From positions 1-64,000 of IMG/VR virus record IMGVR_UViG_3300029288_000008: 64,000 nt of DNA; one strand, given 5' to 3'. Of this stretch, positions 8,144 through 17,608 are shown piece by piece. Position numbers and translations under genes: made by a program. Positions within the stretch are counted from its first letter, which is position 1. Each line of letters starts with the position of its first letter. The notes under the pieces were generated by a model. The model saw only the letters and a list, made by a program, of their open reading frames with translations, was not told the DNA's origin and ran no database searches. Source of the stretch: a virus (lineage: Duplodnaviria; Caudoviricetes).

Positions 8144-8512
8144 TTAATCTCTACTATATTTATGATTTGCTTCGTAGTCTGCAAGCAAATCGTCATCATT
8201 TTCATACCACGGCAACACGGTAACAAGCTCGCCACGCGACCGATCATACACCACATACAACTTTACATTTCCGTTATCAGTTGGAACTTTAATTTTAGTC
8301 TGTGGATTGTCGCAACTTTCAACCGGTAAGTAAACCTTATGTAATGCCCTGGTATTAGACTGCTTCACCATCATTTCAGACTGTCCAGATTTAATCAGGT
8401 CAAGGATAGCAAAGTATACCTTGCTATTGCAAAATATACCATAGCGGTCTTTGATGGCCCATTTTGTATGCCACCGCTGCGATTGTGTTTTAGTCATTTG
8501 TTTCTTGCTCAT
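8144..8512 (-). CDS. hypothetical protein
   Basis: RBS GGAG; packed in the operon. Confidence 0.65.
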   Translation of the reverse strand: MSKKQMTKTQSQRWHTKWAIKDRYGIFCNSKVYFAILDLIKSGQSEMMVKQSNTRALHKVYLPVESCDNPQTKIKVPTDNGNVKLYVVYDRSRGELVTVLPWYENDDDLLADYEANHKYSRD

Positions 8513-8514
8513 TG

Positions 8515-9414
8515 TTAGCTCCTATATTTTTCTAGTATTGCTTCAATGTCTGAAACCAACTGATTAACCGCTTTTGGCTTTTCAATAACATTAGACAGAC
8601 TTCCATAATGTTGCTCTAAGCAATTCAAAAGCAGCTCTTTAATCGCTGCTTCATCCGGCTTGTATTTCAGTTTACTAGAATTATACAGCGGCTCTAATGC
8701 CATTTCCTTATCACTAAACCATTGTCTAACTTTTTCTTCTGTCCATTCGCCGTTCCTAATAGCTCTAAGCATATCACAATTACGGCGCAAGTCAATAGTA
8801 CTTTCGGTTAAAATCTGCTCTACTTCTAATACCAGTCTAACGGTATGATACGCAAACTTTAGATCATAGCCATACTTCAAAACAGATTCATACCGCTTCG
8901 ATTCTTCTGTCTTTCCGCTCATTTTTGAAAGTTGGCTGTATGCATATCCTCTAAACTTATGCCAGCTTCCCTTATGCAAGAACATATCCCGGCTATCTCT
9001 AACCATCTGTCCGATTGTAGTTATATGCAAAACACAATCATTAGGAGTATACAGACTGTCTATCATATTAGGATTGTTTTCCATAACCAATTGAAAGAAC
9101 TTTACAATGGAGTAAATGGTTAAATCATATTCTTGACCTTTACCGGCTCTTGCGTCATTATCCATAATATGATGCTCTTGATACTGTTCAAAGCGGTTTA
9201 TCTGTCTACCGAATCCGATAATCTCACCTCTTAGGTGTGGAAAAACATCGTCTTTTGGTGATATACAGAATCCGTATACATCCAAATCAGAGTTATCTTG
9301 AGATACACCATAAGCGATACTCCCCATCATTGTTTCATAATGGATATTATCCGGCAACCATTTAGGGGGTTTTGCCAGTCCTTTTTGTGTTAGTTTGTAT
9401 GTGATACTAGCCAT
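8515..9414 (-). CDS. Pol-beta superfamily nucleotidyltransferase (RlaP/Nuc-transf type)
   Basis: GSIAYG...SDLDVYG, NPNMID, KFAYH.VRL motifs. Confidence 0.8.
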   Translation of the reverse strand: MASITYKLTQKGLAKPPKWLPDNIHYETMMGSIAYGVSQDNSDLDVYGFCISPKDDVFPHLRGEIIGFGRQINRFEQYQEHHIMDNDARAGKGQEYDLTIYSIVKFFQLVMENNPNMIDSLYTPNDCVLHITTIGQMVRDSRDMFLHKGSWHKFRGYAYSQLSKMSGKTEESKRYESVLKYGYDLKFAYHTVRLVLEVEQILTESTIDLRRNCDMLRAIRNGEWTEEKVRQWFSDKEMALEPLYNSSKLKYKPDEAAIKELLLNCLEQHYGSLSNVIEKPKAVNQLVSDIEAILEKYRS

Positions 9415-10751
9415 TGTTTAGCCTCTTCTAAAGTATTGATTTTACCATCCAGCTGCAATTCAAAAGCAGCATTAAGAATCTCTCCAAATTGCTTTCCCGG
9501 TTTCATTCCAATTTCAATAAGGTGTCTACCCATCAAAATCGGCTGAGGCTTCTCATCCCTAACATTCAATTCAGAAGCCATCTTACCCATCTTTTCGATC
9601 TTCTCAAATGACTTTGACTTACGGTTTACATTATTTGTAATTCTACCTTTTGTATCTGCTTCCATAAGCAGCATCAAAAGTGACAATGGCACTTCAAGGT
9701 TGTTAGACAGTCTCCTAACTCCGCTGCTCGTCGTTGCATAACTCATGTGGTGTTTCACCATAGAGCATACAGCTTTTACAATATGTTTAGGAGCGTCAAT
9801 AGACTCTAAAAACCGTTGTGCAATTTCTTCACCTTCTCTTGCGTGTTGATGCGCTGACAGAACTTCTTTATCTGTCGTATTGGGTTTACCAACATCGTGT
9901 AATAATGCCGCTAAAACTAAAATCAAACGATGTTCGCTATTAAGATGTTCTCTCTCTGCAATTTGTGAAGCGTTGTCAACAACAAGTTTTGTATGTTGCC
10001 ACACACTACCTTCCGCGTGGTATTCTTTCGATTGTTCACAACCAACTAATGCAAACAATTCCGGGAACTTCTTTAACCATCCCGACCTGAACAAAAAAAC
10101 TAACCCTTTCGATGGTTTAACGCTTTTAACCGCCCACTTCTCAAACTCTACCCACAATCGTTCCTTTGCCAGTTCTTCAAATTCTGGTAAAAGCGAACGC
10201 GACAAATCACAGGTTTCTTTATCGGCTGTAAGGTTAAACCGTCCACAGAATTGCATACCACGCAATACCCTAAGAGGATCATCCGCAAAGTGTTCTGAGG
10301 TATGCCGTAATCTGCGATTAACAATGTCACCGATACCAGAATGCAAATCAACAATTTCACATTCTGGCAATTTCATCATAAGTGCATTAAAGGTAAAGTC
10401 CCTTCTAAGACTAGCCTCAAGGGGTGTCAACTTTGAATCGCTCTTTACAACAAATCCTTTATGTCCTTTCCCATCTTTGCTTTCAGTTCTAGGAAGCGAT
10501 ACATCCAAATCAATACCATTGACTTTTAACTTCAATACTCCGAAGCTCTTTCCAACCGCGTCTACTTCACCGAATACCGATAAAAACTCTATGAGCGATT
10601 CCACAGAATCAGGCCCAAAGACTTCTAAATCTAAATCTTTAGACTGCGCTTCTAGTACCGTATCGCGCACAAAACCGCCAACTGCAAAAACATCCCATCC
10701 CATCTTTTCTGCTTCTGTCGCTATCATTTTAGCTACTTCTATGTGTGTCAT
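9390..10751 (-). CDS. cca: class II CCA tRNA nucleotidyltransferase with HD domain
   Basis: VGGFVRD..L....DLD, RRDFTFNAL, DDPLRVLR; intact flexible loop RTESK.G.GHKGF; H...LHDVGKP. Confidence 0.93.
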   Translation of the reverse strand: MTHIEVAKMIATEAEKMGWDVFAVGGFVRDTVLEAQSKDLDLEVFGPDSVESLIEFLSVFGEVDAVGKSFGVLKLKVNGIDLDVSLPRTESKDGKGHKGFVVKSDSKLTPLEASLRRDFTFNALMMKLPECEIVDLHSGIGDIVNRRLRHTSEHFADDPLRVLRGMQFCGRFNLTADKETCDLSRSLLPEFEELAKERLWVEFEKWAVKSVKPSKGLVFLFRSGWLKKFPELFALVGCEQSKEYHAEGSVWQHTKLVVDNASQIAEREHLNSEHRLILVLAALLHDVGKPNTTDKEVLSAHQHAREGEEIAQRFLESIDAPKHIVKAVCSMVKHHMSYATTSSGVRRLSNNLEVPLSLLMLLMEADTKGRITNNVNRKSKSFEKIEKMGKMASELNVRDEKPQPILMGRHLIEIGMKPGKQFGEILNAAFELQLDGKINTLEEAKQWLVSHTN

Positions 10752-10782
10752 TTGTCTTCTCCTTTATCTCAGAACTGCTCTT

Positions 10783-10811
10783 ATTCTACTCTAAAACCGC
10801 TTTGTTGTCAA
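10783..10811 (-). promoter_or_regulatory. promoter of the cca-to-ligase operon
   Basis: TTGACA-17-TAGAAT upstream of RBS AAGGAG. Confidence 0.75.
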
Positions 10812-10817
10812 TACCCA

Positions 10818-11216
10818 AATGTACCTTTAGTGTACCTTTTTCCCTGAGAATGTACCTTTTTCCTACATCGGATGTACCTTTTACCCACTTTTTATGGCGA
10901 TTGTCAACCAAAAACACCCTGAAAATAGGGTAGAATTCCCCACTTTTTACCCAAAAATGTACGAAAGGTACATAAAGATGTACCTTTTACAATAAAAGGT
11001 ACATCCTCATTTTGGAAAAACTCCCCACTTTACCCTGTTTTTTGATATAAAATCCCCACTTTACCCTATAAAATACCCTATAATATAGTATCTATTCCCC
11101 ACTAGTGTACTAAATGTATTAAATGTACCTTTTATAGTCAAGAGTTTTTCATTTTTTTATATAAAAATGATTAGTAACATGGGCGAAAAAACCTACATTT
11201 CCTACATTAGGTACAT
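10818..11216. repeat. gene-free iteron-like region (ATGTACCTTT about x9, TCCCCACTTT x4)
   Basis: TGTACCTTT copies near 10820, 10831, 10851, 10873, 10979 and 11124 (+) and 10964, 10995, 11209 (-); CCCCAC near 10938, 11023, 11054, 11097. Confidence 0.75.
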
Positions 11217-11222
11217 CCAACG

Positions 11223-11253
11223 AAAAAGCCGATAGAGCATCTATCGGCTTTTT
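11223..11253. terminator. hairpin terminator
   Basis: AAAAAGCCGATAGA-GCA-TCTATCGGCTTTTT. Confidence 0.8.
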
Positions 11254-11350
11254 GACATCTTCTGTCAGTTGTAGTATAATACCAGCTATTATAATTATGG
11301 TTCACCAAAAAAAATCACTACATCCAGGAATGGAATGATGGTGATTTTTT
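11252..11350 (+). ncRNA. dispersed small-RNA unit 2
   Basis: TTGACA 11252-17-TATAAT 11275; TATAATTATG; hairpin with CATCCAGGAA and U-run abutting a convergent stop codon. Confidence 0.55.
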
Positions 11351-11703
11351 TATAGTTCTATGTCATACTCCCCAGGTTCTATTATTGGTTTCCAGTCTTT
11401 TACTTCTATCGGTCTTATACCGTATGCTTTACCGCGTTTGCAGGCTTCCCACATTGCCGTTATAATTCCACCTGGTTTAATGCCAACTGTAACCGCGATT
11501 GCCAACAAATCCCCATCAAACAATGGATACTTTTCTTTTGTGTTATCATTTAATAGATATAATGATCCTTTAGTTCCTTTTATGGTAAGAGTTGCGTAGA
11601 ATGGTATTAAATAATCATAATAATATTTTCGCCTTTCCCAACTATACTCACATCTAACCATTCTTCCGTTACTGTCAAACAGAACTTTTCCATCCCAATT
11701 CAT
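11350..11703 (-). CDS. hypothetical protein
   Basis: ATGA overlap with the upstream gene. Confidence 0.65.
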   Translation of the reverse strand: MNWDGKVLFDSNGRMVRCEYSWERRKYYYDYLIPFYATLTIKGTKGSLYLLNDNTKEKYPLFDGDLLAIAVTVGIKPGGIITAMWEACKRGKAYGIRPIEVKDWKPIIEPGEYDIEL

Positions 11704-12083
11704 TCTGCTATATACCTCTTTTCAACCATCACGGCCAGTTCGATTTCGATACCGTATCCAACTGTATTCCATCGTTTTGCTGTTTCGTAGTCAACTTCTG
11801 CAATGATGTTGTTGCGCTTCATCCAAGAGGATGTTGAACTATGACCACTACAATCAACAACAAGAAACAGTTCCCATTCCTCAGTTCCAACCGGTCTTAA
11901 ATAGTATTCATTGCCAAGTTCATTACAGCTTTCCATAGCAATAAAGCCATCATACCGACTTAAGTCACTAGGAACGGTATAGGCTGTATGTCCCTGTTGT
12001 CTAACCGCTATGGTACGCTCCATAACGCCTGGAGCATACTGAGACGCTATACCGATCATAAGAAGAACTAAGACATTAACCAT
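11700..12083 (-). CDS. secreted RlpA/double-psi beta-barrel-like protein (tentative)
   Basis: Hydrophobic N-terminus, G.ASQY, VVDC and AEVD pattern. Confidence 0.4.
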   Translation of the reverse strand: MVNVLVLLMIGIASQYAPGVMERTIAVRQQGHTAYTVPSDLSRYDGFIAMESCNELGNEYYLRPVGTEEWELFLVVDCSGHSSTSSWMKRNNIIAEVDYETAKRWNTVGYGIEIELAVMVEKRYIAE

Positions 12084-12504
12084 TTAACATTTCCTCAGAT
12101 AGCAGAACGAAGTCTTCTTTCATCCATGGCACAACAACAACCTTTTTTCCATATAGCTCTTTCATATCGCAAAGGTTGCAATTTATTGTCATAGGATAAT
12201 TTACAAGCTCATTGAATATTTTATAGTATTGTTCGCGACCTATGAGGATATATTTTGTTCTTTGAAATGTCGCTCTTGTAATCGCCGTATCTTGTGCAAA
12301 TAGAGCAGTTAAAAAGTCTTTACACCTGAATTCTGTGATTGTTGTTCTTTCCCCTTCGTAATACTGCTTTCCGTATTTTTTAACAATAAACATAATAACA
12401 CGATATAGCCACTTTGGAAGTTTCCTCTGTTTGAATTCATACACATCATTAACTTTTGCCGGCTGTGTTTCCGGTACATTTAACACAAAACGCATTCTAT
12501 CCAT
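12076..12504 (-). CDS. hypothetical protein
   Basis: RBS AAAGGAG favours ATG 12504. Confidence 0.6.
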   Translation of the reverse strand: MDRMRFVLNVPETQPAKVNDVYEFKQRKLPKWLYRVIMFIVKKYGKQYYEGERTTITEFRCKDFLTALFAQDTAITRATFQRTKYILIGREQYYKIFNELVNYPMTINCNLCDMKELYGKKVVVVPWMKEDFVLLSEEMLNG

Positions 12505-12528
12505 TTGTGTGTCTCCTTTGAAAGAAAG

Positions 12529-12623
12529 AAAATAATTCACCACTGGCAATTGCTTGCTTGGATGGTGAATTGATTTTACTATAATTATAACTTACATTAT
12601 ACCACAGACTTTTTTCGTGTCAA
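12529..12623 (-). ncRNA. dispersed small-RNA unit 3
   Basis: TTGACA-16-TATAAT, then TATAATTATAG; hairpin AATTCACCA/TGGTGAATT with CATCCAAGCAA and U-run. Confidence 0.55.
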
Positions 12624-12878
12624 GTCGTTAGAAGATTTTGATAAAGCATATTCTAAAATGTCTATATCGTTAGCTGAAGCGCAATTACTGACAACGATAA
12701 AAACATCGGCTAGTTCTAACGGGTCAATGTAACCGTGCTCATAATAAGCTGAGATTAGCTCATTAACTTCTTCTTGGAGCTTGTCAAAGAATTTGAAGTT
12801 GAGAGTTGATAGTGGAATAGAGGGGATAACTCCCCTCTTTTTTGTGTTTTGCCAGATCGTTTTTTGCCAGTCTTCCAT
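12597..12878 (-). CDS. MazG-like nucleotide pyrophosphohydrolase
   Basis: KLQEEVNEL...ELADV. Confidence 0.7.
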   Translation of the reverse strand: MEDWQKTIWQNTKKRGVIPSIPLSTLNFKFFDKLQEEVNELISAYYEHGYIDPLELADVFIVVSNCASANDIDILEYALSKSSNDLTRKKSVV

Positions 12879-13954
12879 TAACGTCTACCTAAGTGCATGG
12901 GCATCATAATATGCTTTAGTGTACTGTCGCCTGGTAGATATATACCGATAGGAGCCGTTGCCGTATTTAGCTTGATTACGACCTTATCACCGACTAATGA
13001 TAAACCATCCAATAAATATGTTCCATTTACTGCGAATTCTGCAATGTCTTTGCCGTTAAGTTGGAATTTTTCAATGGGTGTAGTATCTTCGCCAGTTTCG
13101 TTAGATTCTCCTGAGATTGTGATAATGTTGTTTTCAATTTTGAAATGGATGATGTTGGCAACGTCACGCGCAAAGATTAGAGAAGATTTGACGGCACGTG
13201 TCAATAATGTTTTTTCAATTTCAATTTCAGTTTCCCAAGATTGCGGAATGAGGCGGGCAACGTCTGGAAAGTTACCTGAAATAAGTTGTGAGATAAACTT
13301 GAAATCTTCGGTATAAAATGCAATTGAGTTTTGATTGATTGCCATTTTTGCTTTTCCGTTTTTCAATACTGACAACAGAATTTGCGCTGCTTCTTTTGGG
13401 ATAATGACTTCAAAGTCAGGTAAACCAAAAAGCAGTTCTGTATAGGTCGCTCTAAAACTATCGGCGCTAGTGATAATAAGTTTTCCGTTTGTTGACTTTA
13501 TCAGGATTCCATTTAAGACCGATTTTGACTTATCCTCAGACGTGCTAACTAAACATTTTTGCAGTGAATATGAAATTGTTTCGGCGTCAATATCTACAAT
13601 ATTGTGCGCTTGAATGTCTGTTAGCGGGAATTCGGCAACGTCCATTGTTTTGATAGTAGTTTTTCCAGGCTTGCGGTTTACGATGATCTTACCGTCTTCT
13701 TGTTTAATCTCAATTTCAGGAGCAGAGATTACAGACAGAAGTTCATTTAACGTTTTTGCTGGTACACAGAAGTTATATTCTTCTGTTGCGTTTAGATATA
13801 GCGTTAATGATTTTTCAATGTCGGTAGCCGTCAATTCAAGACGGCCATTCCGAGACTGAAAAGCAATGTTTTGCAAGATCGGCATTGAAGTTCTTGCTGG
13901 TACAATTCGGTAAAGTGTGCTAATTGCGCTCTTTAGTTTTTCTGTTTCAATCAT
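12878..13954 (-). CDS. dnaN: DNA polymerase III beta sliding clamp
   Basis: 358 aa; ATDIE, LNGIL, SADSFR, FPD..RLIP, NG.YLLD, terminal IMPM. Confidence 0.93.
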   Translation of the reverse strand: MIETEKLKSAISTLYRIVPARTSMPILQNIAFQSRNGRLELTATDIEKSLTLYLNATEEYNFCVPAKTLNELLSVISAPEIEIKQEDGKIIVNRKPGKTTIKTMDVAEFPLTDIQAHNIVDIDAETISYSLQKCLVSTSEDKSKSVLNGILIKSTNGKLIITSADSFRATYTELLFGLPDFEVIIPKEAAQILLSVLKNGKAKMAINQNSIAFYTEDFKFISQLISGNFPDVARLIPQSWETEIEIEKTLLTRAVKSSLIFARDVANIIHFKIENNIITISGESNETGEDTTPIEKFQLNGKDIAEFAVNGTYLLDGLSLVGDKVVIKLNTATAPIGIYLPGDSTLKHIMMPMHLGRR

Positions 13955-16615
13955 TTAGTTTGTCTCCTCAGTTAATTTTAATAGGTCAAAGAGAGTTGGC
14001 GCGAGTCGCTTCTGTTCGGCTTCGTTACAGTAGACAACACCATCATTGTAGTAGTCTGCATTCAGTTCACAACCGACTCCAATTCTGCCAAGTTGGATAG
14101 AGAGATAGGGAACGGTAAACAAACCGGCAAATGGGTCATAGACCGTATCGTTAAAGTTGCTATACAGTATAATCGAACGGCGCACGATGTCAAGCGGTAG
14201 GGGACAGACGTGATTCGTTACGCGCCGTCTTGTTTGATTTGAATTAAGACATTGCATAAATACCACATCATCCCAAACCATATCGTTGTGCGATACTGGC
14301 GGCTCTTGTAAGTATGATGCGCTTAGATTGCCCTTGAAGTCTAGCGCTTCCATTCTATCGGCGTGGGCGTCGTAATCATACCATTCTTTCGGGATTAGGA
14401 TGTTACCGTTCGATTGCCAAAAAGAATGGGCGTCAATTTGCCACTTTGCCCGGCTGTAAAATAATAGGTATTGTCCACATTCTGGACACTGATATTTTGT
14501 GTAGAGTTTTTCACCCTCGGCAAACTCAAAGTCTTTTTCGAGACTCGCGCCCTTATAGCCACAGTTGCCACATTCAAAGGTCTTTTCGCCCTGATTATAC
14601 TTGATTTTGATAATACGATCATCCGCATATTGTTGGGATTTATCGGTATTAGGTTTACGGAAAGTCAATAGATATTCTGGTAAACCGCTGCCCATCTTGG
14701 AGGCGTCTTTACTCATTTCAGAATATCCGAGACGGTATGTTGAGTTATTTTCTCTTACCACGTCGGTTACAATTGTCCTTCTACCCTCGTATACCCAACC
14801 GTGCTTGATAAAGTGCATTACCGTTTCGTCGGAGAATGGGAAGGTAGAGGTTAAGCCGTGGTCAACCTGGTATGAATAGAGAATGCGGTCTTTCACGTGT
14901 ATAACGGCTTTTCTACCTGGTTTTAATACTCGCAACAGTTCAGGAGTTAGGTAGTCCATTTGTTGCCAAAAACCAGAGGTTAACGGCTCTCTAAAATCGT
15001 TGTCATTAAAAGAAAAGTCATTAACTACTGTGGTGTATTCATAATGGTTATCAAATGGAATTGACGTTACGATTAGGTCAACTGAATTTTCTGGCATATT
15101 GCGAGTTTCTAATGTGTTGTCATTATTATATGCTTTATACAATGTAGAGGTCCTTTCGCGGCGTGGTACGCCTAATGTTTTTTGCATACTGTCTTCTAAT
15201 GCTTTTTTTGACAGTCCGTATTCTTGCACAATCCCCTGCATCTTTTTGGTTAGTTTGTTGTGCTTTTCCCATTTCTCTTTAAGAACGGATACAATCCCGT
15301 CTTCCGACTCTGAGTAAATGATGTGAAGGTCTACCGGATGCGATTGCATAAACCGATGTGTTCTGTGTACAGATTGAATAAAATCTTTGAACTTGTAAGA
15401 GACTCCTAAGAATATGTTGACGTGACTCCAATGTTGGAAATTACAACCTGACCCGGCAATAACCGGCTTTGTTGCCAGTATTCGGTATTTTCCATCCTGG
15501 AAGTCAACAATAGATTGTTCTCTCTTTTCCAAGTCCTGTGAACCGTATACTGTTTTTAGGTCGTATCCTCTTAAGGTGTGTTCAATCTCTTGACGCTCAT
15601 ATTCATAATCGTGCCATAAGAGAATGCCGTTATGGTTTCCGGTTTCAGGGTAGCTGTCTACAATTTCTTTCGCTTTTGCCATTCGGTCTAGCATTGTGCG
15701 ATGTTTGTCTTTATGCATATCGTTGACAGAACCGGAAGCCATAGAGAGCATTTTATACTGGCCGTGATTATCGGCTTCACTCCAAACTTGGGTATGATCT
15801 ACCGGTAGTCTATGCCAATATACATTCAGTTCTGGTAACTCATAGCCAACATCGGAGTAACCTAAATCGCTAGGCTTATATAGGAATAACGCCCAAGTTG
15901 ACACCCATAGCCAGAATTCTTCTTCATACTGTGGTAACAACTGTAAGTTACCGGCTTTGTTTACATCACGCCCGAAAAATCTGGTAAGTGCTTCTCCGTT
16001 AGTCATAACTCCAAGAATGTTTGCATAGTAGATTAGTTGCCGGTATTCATTGGGAGCAGGAGTAGCGGTACAAATGTATTTGTATGGAATGTTTTGTAAT
16101 AGTTCTTCAAATTGCGCATAAGTTTTAGTACCCAAGTTCCCAATGATTGAGGCTTCATCCAACGATACTAAACAGAAGTTATGCTTATCTGGGATGATGT
16201 CCCCGTCTCTTACCCGTTCATAGTTGGTTATGATGTAAGGGGACGTAGCCTCCTCTATTTCACTGTCAGTTGTGCAGTACTGATAATGTACTCCAATGTC
16301 GGCAGGATAAGCCCGGTTCGGTTCACCGGTTGAAGGATGGGTAAATTCCTGTCTAACGCCCAATGGGCAGATGGTAAGGGTTTTTTGACCGGTCTTTTCG
16401 TGTGCAATTTTAGCTAGGCTAGCTTGGATGATCGTTTTGCCTAATCCAAAACTCAAGGCTAATAACGCCCGTCCACACCTTAATGCAAAGCGCAAAGAAT
16501 CTTTTTGATGTTGTTTGAGAATGTTCGGTATTTCTACCGTATCGGGATTTATTCCAACGTCTTTTTGAACTTTGACCTTTCTTCTTAAGAATTCATCGTA
16601 TGATAATTTTTCCAA
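13955..16615 (-). CDS. SNF2-like helicase fused to an N4/N6 DNA methyltransferase with a Zn-ribbon insert
   Basis: GLGKT, LDEAS, TATPAPN, GCNFQ; MTase TSIPF ... HVCPL ... DPFAGL; CGNC...CPEC insert; TTG start after RBS AAGGAG. Confidence 0.85.
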   Translation of the reverse strand: MEKLSYDEFLRRKVKVQKDVGINPDTVEIPNILKQHQKDSLRFALRCGRALLALSFGLGKTIIQASLAKIAHEKTGQKTLTICPLGVRQEFTHPSTGEPNRAYPADIGVHYQYCTTDSEIEEATSPYIITNYERVRDGDIIPDKHNFCLVSLDEASIIGNLGTKTYAQFEELLQNIPYKYICTATPAPNEYRQLIYYANILGVMTNGEALTRFFGRDVNKAGNLQLLPQYEEEFWLWVSTWALFLYKPSDLGYSDVGYELPELNVYWHRLPVDHTQVWSEADNHGQYKMLSMASGSVNDMHKDKHRTMLDRMAKAKEIVDSYPETGNHNGILLWHDYEYERQEIEHTLRGYDLKTVYGSQDLEKREQSIVDFQDGKYRILATKPVIAGSGCNFQHWSHVNIFLGVSYKFKDFIQSVHRTHRFMQSHPVDLHIIYSESEDGIVSVLKEKWEKHNKLTKKMQGIVQEYGLSKKALEDSMQKTLGVPRRERTSTLYKAYNNDNTLETRNMPENSVDLIVTSIPFDNHYEYTTVVNDFSFNDNDFREPLTSGFWQQMDYLTPELLRVLKPGRKAVIHVKDRILYSYQVDHGLTSTFPFSDETVMHFIKHGWVYEGRRTIVTDVVRENNSTYRLGYSEMSKDASKMGSGLPEYLLTFRKPNTDKSQQYADDRIIKIKYNQGEKTFECGNCGYKGASLEKDFEFAEGEKLYTKYQCPECGQYLLFYSRAKWQIDAHSFWQSNGNILIPKEWYDYDAHADRMEALDFKGNLSASYLQEPPVSHNDMVWDDVVFMQCLNSNQTRRRVTNHVCPLPLDIVRRSIILYSNFNDTVYDPFAGLFTVPYLSIQLGRIGVGCELNADYYNDGVVYCNEAEQKRLAPTLFDLLKLTEETN

Positions 16616-16690
16616 GTTTATGCTCCTTTGTTGTGTATAAAAACCACCCGTTAATGGGTAACGGGTAGTATATCATAAATCAGTGTTTTG

Positions 16691-17296
16691 TCAAAACGCC
16701 GATGGGCAATACTCCATTACAATCTCTTTCATCATTTCGGCAAGTTCTCTAATTTCCGCTTGTGCAGATTTGTTGCAACGTAAGTTAAAGAAGTTCTGTA
16801 ATGATCTAAGGTTCATGGTCATTACAAGATTTGTAGTTGTTGCCAGTGGTAGAATCATTCTGGCGTCCTCTTTGGGCATGCCAAGTCTAATCAACTGTGT
16901 ATAAGCGTAATCTGAATTGTGTAAGACGGTATCGTATAAATGTTTTGCTTCCACACCATCAAATACGGTTTCAGGTGTTACAAAGTCCATAATGCTTGTT
17001 TGTTCGACATACCTTTGACTGAGAACTGAGAATGAAGCAATTCGATGGCGCGTTAGTTGTGCAAGACAAGCCCTAGATATACCGATAATTTCAAAGGTAA
17101 ATGAGACGTGTTCTAAAATGCTGGTATGTCCTTGCTTTACCCGTTTACTGATAAAATGCTCAGTATTGCTTCCGGTTTTATCAGTTGTGTTTGTGCAAGT
17201 TCTACCGGCATATTCTATCAGCTGCTCTTGTGTCAATACTTCCGGTATGATCGGCTGTGTTATTGCAATTAGTCTAACTCTCATTGTCTTGCTCAT
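16691..17296 (-). CDS. thyX: FAD-dependent thymidylate synthase
   Basis: GHTSILEH, RHRIASFSVLSQRY, AQAEIR. Confidence 0.95.
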   Translation of the reverse strand: MSKTMRVRLIAITQPIIPEVLTQEQLIEYAGRTCTNTTDKTGSNTEHFISKRVKQGHTSILEHVSFTFEIIGISRACLAQLTRHRIASFSVLSQRYVEQTSIMDFVTPETVFDGVEAKHLYDTVLHNSDYAYTQLIRLGMPKEDARMILPLATTTNLVMTMNLRSLQNFFNLRCNKSAQAEIRELAEMMKEIVMEYCPSAF

Positions 17297-17606
17297 TTTT
17301 TACATATTCAATTCTGTCTTCTATTGCGCTGATAACTTCATCAAAAGCATCTAATGCATCAAATACGGCTTCTTTTTCAACAACTATTTCAAGAGCGTTT
17401 TTAAGTCCTAATTCTTTACCGTATGCTTTTCCTTCCTCGTAACCATCATCAAAAGCGCTTTCTGATTCTTCTGTTAATTCTTCATAACCTTCGTTGTATA
17501 CAGACTGAAGAATGTTTTCAAATTGTTGACACAGTTCTTTAGCTTTTGCAAATTCTGGATAGTGCAAACTGTCACAGATAATTTTTAGAATGTCTTCATA
17601 ATCCAT
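17274..17606 (-). CDS. hypothetical acidic protein
   Basis: Packed between dcd and thyX. Confidence 0.6.
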   Translation of the reverse strand: MDYEDILKIICDSLHYPEFAKAKELCQQFENILQSVYNEGYEELTEESESAFDDGYEEGKAYGKELGLKNALEIVVEKEAVFDALDAFDEVISAIEDRIEYVKNEQDNES

Positions 17607-17608
17607 TC

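Noticed and set aside
9880-10794. 304-aa plus-strand ORF
   Set aside because: Antisense shadow of cca; Ser/Thr/Pro-rich with no RBS or motif. The same reasoning applies to the other antisense track ORFs (e.g. 4555, 12897, 44468, 49020)
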